From IMG/VR virus record IMGVR_UViG_3300007992_000014, positions 1 through 25,290 of that record: a stretch of 25,290 nucleotides of DNA. One strand, 5' to 3'. This DNA is from a virus (Duplodnaviria > Caudoviricetes). This document shows positions 17,681-25,290 of the stretch, in pieces. The position numbers and the translations under genes are program-made. The notes under the pieces were generated by a model that had not been told where the DNA came from, ran no database searches, and worked only from the letters and a program-made list of their open reading frames with translations. The stretch's first letter is position 1. Each line of letters begins with the position of its first letter.

Positions 17681-20600
17681 ATGAACGAATTAGAATTATT
17701 CACTGCTTCTCTTAAAGACTTAGGTTTATCTAAAGACGAAAGAATAAAGAGAATTAAAGAGTGGAAAATATCAAACAAACCTTTAGATGTTAAAGAGGAA
17801 AAACCAATAGACTTAAAAGTTGAAACTGAAATATCTAAAGAAATTAATAAAGATATAAACACTGTTAAACCAGCAAAGACAAATGTCTCTACAAGTGCGG
17901 ATCCAACTGTGGAGACAGAAAAAGATACGGGATCCAACTCGGAAGTTGCTTTATCGGGATTACCTATTGATCCTATTCCACCGGAACCAATATTTCCTTT
18001 TGCAGATGAAAACGCTGCACCTTTTGAATTCAACCAAACATACACAGCTCCACCTGGTGAAACTTTTGACTATGGCGATGGTGCTTATAAATATACGGTA
18101 GATCCAATAACCTTACAACCAATTTTTTACGCTAAAGCGTTAGGTTCGGATGAGTGGGTTGATACTACCGGTGATGGTTTAGCTACTATGTTGGTTGCAT
18201 CTAGATTAGGTTTTGTTGATGATTTTAATATTGATGATTATATACAAGCCGAAAAAGAAATACAAAAACAAGAACCTAAAAGTGAACTTGACCAACTCGA
18301 AGATGGTTTTGTTATGGAAGATGGTGATAATGTTGGGGACTTAGATGAGGTAGTTGTTTACGCGTTTAAAAAAGACGAAACAGCTGTAGAGAAAAAAATA
18401 AGACTAAACTACGAAAAATATCAAGAAGCAAGTGATGTTACTCTTAAAGAATATTTAGCTATTCAAAATGAAGTAGGTTTAATTAACTTAGACACTCAGG
18501 TAACAGAAACAGTAAAAGCTATTCCAAACTCTAACCTTAGCGGAATGGACTTGAAGATGGCTTATCGATCAGAAGGTACAACTGAAAATGTAACTACCAC
18601 TACGATTCCTTACGAAGAAGAAAGAAATATAGCTATTTCATTTTTACAAAGCCAAAGAGAAGAAACATCTAATGAGGATCCTATAACTGAAGCTGAAATA
18701 AGAGGTGTAACAAAACTGCAAATTGCAAGAGATAAATACACAGCTTTAAAAGATCAAAAAAATAGAGATTACTTAAGTGATATAAGTGACGAAGAAAGAA
18801 AACAAAACCATGATTACGCTCTTGGTATTGAAAGTACTTTTGATCCAGAAATTGAGGAAATCAAACTAGTAGAAGAGTTTGAATCTTTAAAAAATAGCGA
18901 TATAGTTAAAACTGTAAACTTAATGAGTGTTGAGTTACAAAGGGTTTATGAACAAATAAATACTTTAGGTGCAGAAATAAAAGAAAAACAAAAAATTGGT
19001 ATTAATTCTTTAGATGATCAAAATACGTATAATGCTTTAGCAGCTAGTTTTAATAAAAGATCTAATGTATTAAGCGCTGAAAGAAAAACAATACAACAGC
19101 AATTTGACTTAATTAATTATGATTACGCAGAGTTTATTGCTACTAACGAAGTAAAAAGCACTGCTGAAGAAAACTTAGATTACTTAAGAAGAAGTTATAG
19201 TTTATCAGAAAAATATTTTGGAAAACCATCTATGAGTGGAATTTCATTTGGCGGAGGTGGATTAGCGCCTGTTACATTTCCTAATGCCGTAGGGTTTTTT
19301 ACAGATAGTGAACTTGGTATGGAATTGCTTAACACCACCATGAGTTGGGCGCAAATAATACTTCAAACAGTAGCGACTGTTGAAGATAAAACTATAGCTG
19401 GTGCTGGAGTATTAGCACCAGGCTTGTTTATGTCTAAAACACTTGCTCAAGCATTAGGTGATGATTTTTTAGAAGCTCAAGCGGGTCTTAAAGACTTAAT
19501 TGAATTAAGAAAAAATAAATTCGTAAAAGATGTTAATTTTGGTAAAGGACCAAATGGATCTTTTTACTCATTTTCTAATTTTTTATATTTTCTTAGTCAA
19601 ACAGCTGTAGAACAACTGCCTTTTTTTGCTACTGTTGCTATACCAGGAGTTGGCCTTTATTTAGCCGCGTTATCAGCTGGTGGTGATTATTACGTTGATG
19701 AATTTAATAGAGCAAAGGCTAAAGGCGTTGAGTTTGATAGAGAAAAAACTTTAGCAAAATCTTTTGGCTTTGCGCTAGTTGAAGGTTTAGGTAGTGCTTT
19801 ACCTATGAAAATGCAATTCAAGTATATTCAAAACTTAAAACTTGATAAGCAAACTCTTGAATCAGGAGTAGGAGCTTTTTTTAGAGATGTAAGAAAAGCA
19901 GCTCCAGATTTCTTAAAATTAACCGCAGCAGATGTTGGTGGTGAAGTTTTAATTACTCAATTGTGGCAAAATGTTATATCCGGAAGACCTATGTACGAAG
20001 GTTTTGGTGAAGCTGGTTTTACGTCTTTAATATTCTCAACAAGTTTTACAGGAGTTCCAATAATAGCAGGAGCTTCAATGAGAGCTTTATCTGATCCTAC
20101 TACAAACGCAGAGTTTGATCAAAACGTTAGAGATATAGCTGAGTATCAAGAAATTATAGCTAAGAATGAAGGTGGACCAGAACTTGATATCAATACAAAA
20201 ATTTACTATAAAGGTCTTATAGATGATAAATTAAAAAGAAACGATGACATACTAAAAGAAAGAAGTAAATTAATAGATTTAAACCTAGACGCCACTGGTT
20301 GGAAGCTTTATGTCAACTCTATAAATAGACTTACTTATCTTAAAGAACAAGCTATATCACTTAGAGCAGAAGCTAAAAAACCTGGAATAACGATTGATGT
20401 ATCAAAACAAATAGCAGCGCTAGAACTTGAGTTTTCTATAACCAAATCAAACCTAGATGCTTACTTAGTAGCTTTCACTAAAAGGTTTGGATTGCTTTCT
20501 GTTTCTGTCCAAAACGATTTAAAAGATAGAGCTAAAGCAAAACTAAAATCAAAAGGTAATAACAATCCTTCTGATGCTCAACTACTTAATATAGCTGAAC

Positions 20601-23600
20601 AGTTGTACACTGAAGATACTATAAGAGATAATGCAGAAAATGATTTTGCTATGATATCTCTTTTACGTGGAAAAGGAATAAATATAAATTATAGTATATC
20701 AGATACTAATGCGGATGCTTTAGCGGCTTTCACAGAAATGGTTAACGCTAGAATAGCAGATCCAAATATCCAGTTTAGAGGTTCTAAAGTAGATCCTATA
20801 AGTAAAGAAGAAGCAGGTAAAAAAGAAATAGAAGACTTTAAAGCTGGGTTAAAAAACGGTACTGTAAACGGTGTTAATTTGATATCTATTAACGTAAAAA
20901 CAGGTCAACCAGTTTACGACTCTGTAGTTACTATAGAAAATGCTATATTAAATAATAATGGTAGAGTAGGTTTACACGAAGTAACTGGTCATGTTATTTT
21001 TACAGAAGCTTTAGGTACTAATCCAGCTGCTTTTAAATCTTTAGCTGGAACTATATTAACTTATCTTGCTGAATTTGATCCTAAAGCATATGTTAGAATA
21101 GCACGTAAAACCGAGGGCCAAGGTTTTGACGAAGTGTTAACTGTTTTCTTAGAAGAATTAGATAGAATTAATTTTGAAAAAGGTAAAGAGCAAGGTTTTT
21201 GGTCAACCTTAGGTATTGGATTTAATAAAGCAACATCTGAAGCTGTTGGCAAAGATTTTGATTATGACTTTAAAGGGGCTAAAGATGTAGTAGAGTTATT
21301 AAGACAAGTGGCTGAGGGATATAAAAACCAAACTCTAACACAGGATTCAATAGATCAAATAATAAATAGTGATGCTTGGCAAGGTAGTATTGAAGGTCAA
21401 TTAGATGACGGTAGCGTAGGCTTAGATGAGGTTTTACTTACAGGTTCTAAAAAATCAGAATCAATATCACCTGAAGGAGCTAAGTTTTTATCTGAGTGGA
21501 GAAAAGGTTTGTTCACTAATGAAGATCTAGTGTTAATGATTAGACAAGGAGCTGCAAAAGATAAATACCCAGCGGCTGAAGCTTTTGTTGAAGCAAATTT
21601 TGGAGTTATAAAACCAATAATAGGTTACGAAAGAAGAGGAACAAAAGGCATAGATGAAAACGGTGTAAAACAAGCTATAATAGAACTTATCATTGGTGGA
21701 GAAGGTGCTAAGTGGAGTGGCAAAACAACAGCGTTGTTTGAAGAAGGTGAAGGTTATAATCCTGATTTTGCTGTAACAACTTACATACGAAGACTAGGTG
21801 ATAGACGAGATAAAATATATGAAAGAGCTAAAGAACTTGGTGATACTGTATTTGATACTAACGAGTTAGATTCTACCTCAGAGGGTACTGTTGATATTGA
21901 AACAACACAGCCAACTGAACAAGCAACAACAATTGAAGTTGATCCCTTCAAGGTCATGAAAGATTCTAACGTTGATGCCATAGTAGCAGACGTTAAAGAA
22001 AAAATAGAATTATCAGAAATAGATTTAGACAACATAACTTTAAAAGATTTAAAACCTTTTGCAGAGGTTGCTGCTCAGCAAATAGCAGATCAAATAGGTA
22101 TACCTGTTTCACGTATATTAAATCCTAAGGACAATTTACGTAAAGGCGAAGTTACACCTATACAGATGTTTATAAAAAACAATGGCCCAGCTTTACTATC
22201 TATGTTAAAGCAGATAAAAGGTAATGCTGACATACAAGTTGTAAAAACTAAAAGCGGTACAAAGAAAATAGGTGGTGAAGGTAGGAAACTTGGTCAAAAA
22301 TTATTAGATGCTTTTTATATAAAAGGACCTAAAGTTAATAATCAAATACAATACAAGTTAGATCCTAGCAAGTTAAACTTACCTTATTTCTATTCTGTGT
22401 TTGGTATGGATTCGTCTGGTAATATAAAAGACGCTAGATCAGGAACAGCTCAAGCAACTAAAAACTTGATGGAGCTTTTGTCTAGACTTCAAACTTTAAA
22501 AGGAATTGAATTAGCAATTGATCAACAAATAGAAGAAGGCGCTACAACTGAGTCTGAGGGTAAAAGACAAAAAGTACAAGTAAAAAGATCTGAAAGTATT
22601 TCAGTGGAAAGAGACTTTAAAAAAGGAGTATTTGTAGTTCCTATTCCTGATCTAACGACGGTTGTAACTCAAAGAGTGAACAGTAAAGGAGAAACAGTTA
22701 AGGCTAGGAAAGTAGACTTAACAACTCCAGCTGGTATAAAAATAATAAATGATTTAAAAGGTTTTTTTGAACTACATCCTGAGCAAGCTTATTTATTTAG
22801 ATCAGGTATGACAGGTGGGTTTGGTTTTACATTTACAGACACACCTACTTTTGATAAAATATTTCCTGGGTTAGAAACTACAGGTGATTTAACTAGACAG
22901 AAGTATACTGTAATTGGTGGATATCAAAATGGTGCAGCAATAACAAAGTTAGTAGAAGACCCTGATTTAATAAAAAAGAAACAAGACCTGCTAAAAGATT
23001 TATTTTTAAACATACAAAGTTATATTAAGAAAAATCCAGACTCTGCTTCAACTTTTTCGTTATGGCAAATGGAATCTAGTAAAGACCAAAATCATCCAAT
23101 AAGATTTTTAGCACCAACTGTTTTTTATGCTATAGATCCTTTTACAAAGCGAATAAAATTAGATGTAAAAGTGACAGAAGAGCACATGATGCCTAATGTT
23201 CAGGCTGGAAAATCACTTTTAGACGCGGCTATAAAAGGTAAAGTTGAAAGTGAGTTTGATAATATTATATCCAAGTCTTATGGTCAAGGTGGTCTTAGAT
23301 ATTTAAACGATTTAGCGTTAGAGCAATTTGGATTATTAGATAGACTACCTAAAAGTTATTACGATTTAGTTGTACCGCTTTTAGAAGCTGGAAAATTAGA
23401 TTTTTTACCTGCTGGTATGGCGTCTTGGATAAGATACAGTGAAAACAATGTAGCTAATCCTTTTGAATATAGTCTTATTAAGCCTAATATAACGATAGGT
23501 GAATTATTTGTTGGTAAACTAACAGGATTAGATGGGTTGAAAGGAGCTGATTTCCAAGTTGGAATTGACATGGCAGGCATGAAAGCTAATGGTTTAATAA

Positions 23601-25290
23601 CTAGAGTTCTTACAGGTGACATGACAGTTGAAGCTGCTAAAGCAGAGTTTAAAGTTTATCAAAGATTATTAAAAGATAAGGTAGCTTCTTTTAACAGCAA
23701 TAACGTTAATTTTGGTTCTAAAACAAAACTAAGTCAAAGCATATCAGGTCAAATAGAAATACTAAATAACTATGACACAGCTTTAGAAATGTCTAGGAGA
23801 ATAAATCCTCCGGTTATGGGTATATCTGTATTAGATTTTGATGACACTGTAGGTATAACAAGTAGTAAGATAGGTGTTACAATGCCTGATGGAACTTTTA
23901 AAAAGATAGACGCTACTGAGTTTGCTTTAGAACATACTAACTTAGAAGATATAGGTGCTACTTTTGATTTTTCTGAATTTAACAAAGTTATAGGAGGAAA
24001 ACGAGGACCGTTATTTGGTAAGTTGAAAAGAGCTGTAGAAAAATATGGAAATAAAAATGTATTTATATTAACAGCTAGACCTGCTGGAGCTGCACCAGCA
24101 ATATATGCTTGGTTAAAATCAGAGGGCGTAACTTTAATAGAAGGAAACATAGTAGGTTTAGCGAATGGAGCTCCACAAGCCAAAGCTAACTGGATAGTTA
24201 GTAAAGCAGCTGAAGGTTATAATGATTTTTATTTTGCTGATGACGCTATTAAAAATGCACAAGCGGTTAAAGCTGTTTTAGATGTATTAGATATAAAGTC
24301 TGAAGTTCAAATAGCTAAACAAAGCAAGTCAATTGTTTTTACCTCTATAATAAACGATATTATAGAACAAAAAACTGGCATAGAAGCTTATAAGCAATAT
24401 TCCGCTGCTAAAGCTCAAACAATAGGAGCTAGTAAGGGTAAGTATAATTTCTACATACCTCCTTCTGCTGAGGATTTTACAGGATTACTATATAAGTTAT
24501 TAGCAAAAGGAGCTGTAGGAGATGCTCAAATGGCTTTCTTTAAAGATAATTTACTTGATCCATACAATAGAGCTGAAATTCAAATTGGAAAAGCAAAAGT
24601 TTCAGCTGGTGCAGATTTTAAAGCGCTTAAAGCTAAGTTTCCTAAATTACCTAAAAGTTTTAAAAAACAAACAGGTGTAGGTAGATTTAACTATGAACAC
24701 GCTATTAGAGTTTATTTATGGGATTCACAAGGGATGACAGTTCCTGGTTTATCTAAGGCAGATCAAAAACAATTAGTTGATTTTATTAAGGCTGATCCTG
24801 ATTTAAAAGTTTTTAGTGATGAATTAATAACTATACAAAAAGGTAAACCTTACCCTAAACCAGGCAAAAGCTGGGTTGCTGGGACTATAACAACAGATGT
24901 TATAAGTGGAATTAATAAAATAAACAGGGCTCAATACTTACAAGAGTGGCAGCAAAATGTAGATATTATATTTGCACCTGCTGTATTAAATAAATTAGAA
25001 GCCGCGTTTGGGCCTGCTTATGTTAAAGCTTTGAAAAACTCTATTCAAGCTCAAAAAATAGGTAGCAATAGAACCTCTGCCGCTGATTCTATTACAACAA
25101 GATGGTATGATTGGATAAACAACTCGGTAGGTGTTGTAATGTTTTTAAATACTAGATCAGCATTAATGCAAATGATATCTAATGTAAACTTTATAAATTG
25201 GAGTGATAATAATCCTATAAAGGCAGCTAAAGCATTTGCTAACCAGCCTCAGTACTGGAAAGATGTAATGTTTTTGTTAAACTCTCCATA
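17681..25290 (+). CDS. Giant multidomain internal virion / ejection (polyvalent) protein, at least 2536 aa, 3'-truncated by the window
   Basis: ATG at 17681 (MNELELFTASLKDLGLSKDERIK...), 5 nt after the upstream stop; the frame reads open to the window end (...YWKDVMFLLNSP). Absent from the ORF track because there is no stop. Third gene of the ejection cluster. Confidence 0.9.
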   Translation, partial: MNELELFTASLKDLGLSKDERIKRIKEWKISNKPLDVKEEKPIDLKVETEISKEINKDINTVKPAKTNVSTSADPTVETEKDTGSNSEVALSGLPIDPIPPEPIFPFADENAAPFEFNQTYTAPPGETFDYGDGAYKYTVDPITLQPIFYAKALGSDEWVDTTGDGLATMLVASRLGFVDDFNIDDYIQAEKEIQKQEPKSELDQLEDGFVMEDGDNVGDLDEVVVYAFKKDETAVEKKIRLNYEKYQEASDVTLKEYLAIQNEVGLINLDTQVTETVKAIPNSNLSGMDLKMAYRSEGTTENVTTTTIPYEEERNIAISFLQSQREETSNEDPITEAEIRGVTKLQIARDKYTALKDQKNRDYLSDISDEERKQNHDYALGIESTFDPEIEEIKLVEEFESLKNSDIVKTVNLMSVELQRVYEQINTLGAEIKEKQKIGINSLDDQNTYNALAASFNKRSNVLSAERKTIQQQFDLINYDYAEFIATNEVKSTAEENLDYLRRSYSLSEKYFGKPSMSGISFGGGGLAPVTFPNAVGFFTDSELGMELLNTTMSWAQIILQTVATVEDKTIAGAGVLAPGLFMSKTLAQALGDDFLEAQAGLKDLIELRKNKFVKDVNFGKGPNGSFYSFSNFLYFLSQTAVEQLPFFATVAIPGVGLYLAALSAGGDYYVDEFNRAKAKGVEFDREKTLAKSFGFALVEGLGSALPMKMQFKYIQNLKLDKQTLESGVGAFFRDVRKAAPDFLKLTAADVGGEVLITQLWQNVISGRPMYEGFGEAGFTSLIFSTSFTGVPIIAGASMRALSDPTTNAEFDQNVRDIAEYQEIIAKNEGGPELDINTKIYYKGLIDDKLKRNDDILKERSKLIDLNLDATGWKLYVNSINRLTYLKEQAISLRAEAKKPGITIDVSKQIAALELEFSITKSNLDAYLVAFTKRFGLLSVSVQNDLKDRAKAKLKSKGNNNPSDAQLLNIAEQLYTEDTIRDNAENDFAMISLLRGKGININYSISDTNADALAAFTEMVNARIADPNIQFRGSKVDPISKEEAGKKEIEDFKAGLKNGTVNGVNLISINVKTGQPVYDSVVTIENAILNNNGRVGLHEVTGHVIFTEALGTNPAAFKSLAGTILTYLAEFDPKAYVRIARKTEGQGFDEVLTVFLEELDRINFEKGKEQGFWSTLGIGFNKATSEAVGKDFDYDFKGAKDVVELLRQVAEGYKNQTLTQDSIDQIINSDAWQGSIEGQLDDGSVGLDEVLLTGSKKSESISPEGAKFLSEWRKGLFTNEDLVLMIRQGAAKDKYPAAEAFVEANFGVIKPIIGYERRGTKGIDENGVKQAIIELIIGGEGAKWSGKTTALFEEGEGYNPDFAVTTYIRRLGDRRDKIYERAKELGDTVFDTNELDSTSEGTVDIETTQPTEQATTIEVDPFKVMKDSNVDAIVADVKEKIELSEIDLDNITLKDLKPFAEVAAQQIADQIGIPVSRILNPKDNLRKGEVTPIQMFIKNNGPALLSMLKQIKGNADIQVVKTKSGTKKIGGEGRKLGQKLLDAFYIKGPKVNNQIQYKLDPSKLNLPYFYSVFGMDSSGNIKDARSGTAQATKNLMELLSRLQTLKGIELAIDQQIEEGATTESEGKRQKVQVKRSESISVERDFKKGVFVVPIPDLTTVVTQRVNSKGETVKARKVDLTTPAGIKIINDLKGFFELHPEQAYLFRSGMTGGFGFTFTDTPTFDKIFPGLETTGDLTRQKYTVIGGYQNGAAITKLVEDPDLIKKKQDLLKDLFLNIQSYIKKNPDSASTFSLWQMESSKDQNHPIRFLAPTVFYAIDPFTKRIKLDVKVTEEHMMPNVQAGKSLLDAAIKGKVESEFDNIISKSYGQGGLRYLNDLALEQFGLLDRLPKSYYDLVVPLLEAGKLDFLPAGMASWIRYSENNVANPFEYSLIKPNITIGELFVGKLTGLDGLKGADFQVGIDMAGMKANGLITRVLTGDMTVEAAKAEFKVYQRLLKDKVASFNSNNVNFGSKTKLSQSISGQIEILNNYDTALEMSRRINPPVMGISVLDFDDTVGITSSKIGVTMPDGTFKKIDATEFALEHTNLEDIGATFDFSEFNKVIGGKRGPLFGKLKRAVEKYGNKNVFILTARPAGAAPAIYAWLKSEGVTLIEGNIVGLANGAPQAKANWIVSKAAEGYNDFYFADDAIKNAQAVKAVLDVLDIKSEVQIAKQSKSIVFTSIINDIIEQKTGIEAYKQYSAAKAQTIGASKGKYNFYIPPSAEDFTGLLYKLLAKGAVGDAQMAFFKDNLLDPYNRAEIQIGKAKVSAGADFKALKAKFPKLPKSFKKQTGVGRFNYEHAIRVYLWDSQGMTVPGLSKADQKQLVDFIKADPDLKVFSDELITIQKGKPYPKPGKSWVAGTITTDVISGINKINRAQYLQEWQQNVDIIFAPAVLNKLEAAFGPAYVKALKNSIQAQKIGSNRTSAADSITTRWYDWINNSVGVVMFLNTRSALMQMISNVNFINWSDNNPIKAAKAFANQPQYWKDVMFLLNSP
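17873..17939 (+). promoter_or_regulatory. Candidate -1 programmed ribosomal frameshift signal (in-frame GCA_AAG, 5-nt spacer, H-type pseudoknot)
   Basis: Stem 1: TGTCTCTACA (17884-17893) with TGTGGAGACA (17908-17917). Loop GGATCC (17899-17904) can pair with GGATCC (17930-17935) across an A-rich 12-nt linker. Confidence 0.45.
20850..21340 (+). other. Zincin-like metallopeptidase domain within the giant protein (boundaries approximate)
   Basis: GLHEVTGHVIF (HEVTGH at 20975-20992) preceded by beta-strand-like segments and followed by DEVLTVFLEE (21128-21157), a candidate third-ligand helix. Confidence 0.7.
21515..22120 (+). other. Sigma-70-like module (region 2-like segment plus helix-turn-helix) within the giant protein
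   Basis: TNEDLVLMIRQG...AAEAFVEANFGVI...YNPDFAVTTYI resembles sigma regions 1.2/2.1-2.3; QQIADQIGIPVSRI (22076-22117) resembles a sigma region 3/4 HTH. Confidence 0.55.
23090..23460 (+). other. HNH / His-Me-finger-like nuclease domain within the giant protein (boundaries approximate)
   Basis: VTEEHMMP (EHxxP at 23180-23194), then a strand-helix YGQGGLRYLNDLAL, then LLDRLP and a terminal WIRY (23426-23437). Confidence 0.5.
23810..24316 (+). other. HAD-superfamily phosphatase domain within the giant protein
   Basis: All four HAD motifs in order: ISVLDFDDT (DxD, 23834-23848), FILTAR (24062-24079), Lys at 24182 and FYFADD..KN (DD at 24239-24244). Confidence 0.88.

Noticed and set aside
17883-18101. 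72-aa +1-frame ORF inside the giant gene
   Set aside because: No recognisable protein features, and its ATG overlaps the start of the predicted stem. The local GC richness is better explained by the RNA structure. Not fully excluded.
21254-21268. DFDYD, a DxDxD motif suggesting a crAss-like virion RNA polymerase active site
   Set aside because: It lies in the helical tail of the zincin region with no recognisable double-psi beta-barrel context. The other candidate, DFDDT at 23834, is a HAD motif I. An RNAP beyond the window end cannot be excluded.
68-24183. Short minus-strand ORFs (60-137 aa) and the small plus-strand ORF 13685-13867 in the ORF track
   Set aside because: All lie within or antisense to long plus-strand genes, have shadow-frame composition and show no motifs.
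1-25290. Stop-codon reassignment as found in some crAss-like phages (all main genes here end in TAA)
   Set aside because: Long ORFs are intact under the standard code and tile the window without TAG/TGA interruptions; TAA preference is expected in AT-rich DNA.
17676-25290. Apparent 7.6-kb ORF-poor region (possible non-coding island, array or pseudogene)
   Set aside because: Artefact of the ORF track: one uninterrupted reading frame runs from 17681 off the window end.
1-25290. CRISPR arrays, tRNAs, introns/inteins, DGR repeats, integrase or transposase
   Set aside because: Intergenic gaps are all under about 90 nt. I saw no spaced nucleotide repeats, cloverleafs, intein termini, or reverse transcriptase or recombinase motifs by eye.

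Overview
AT-rich, gene-dense, all-plus-strand virion morphogenesis module of a tailed dsDNA phage with podovirus-like (P22/crAss-like) organisation. The host is probably Bacteroidota/Flavobacteriia; this is inferred from A-rich starts without Shine-Dalgarno sites and from SusC-type 'LDEVVV' motifs. Gene order: terminase large subunit (5'-truncated), portal, scaffold, major capsid, conserved hypothetical, two adaptor/ring proteins, two tail nozzle/'stabilisation' proteins, two probable ejection proteins, then a giant ORF (17681 to beyond 25290, at least 2536 codons) that the ORF track misses because it has no stop in the window. By manual translation the giant ORF looks like an injected polyvalent polyprotein: TonB-box-like motifs, a hydrophobic membrane region, an HExxGH zincin, a sigma-70-like module, an HNH-like nuclease and a HAD phosphatase. 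The last three modules are each bounded by a repeated K-x-S-x-S-I linker, a candidate self-cleavage site. Two further hidden signals are a 44-aa basic 'MPFKS...' gene overprinted in the +1 frame of the scaffold gene and a GCA_AAG plus pseudoknot -1 frameshift-like element near the start of the giant gene. All domain calls are by eye from motifs; no searches were run.
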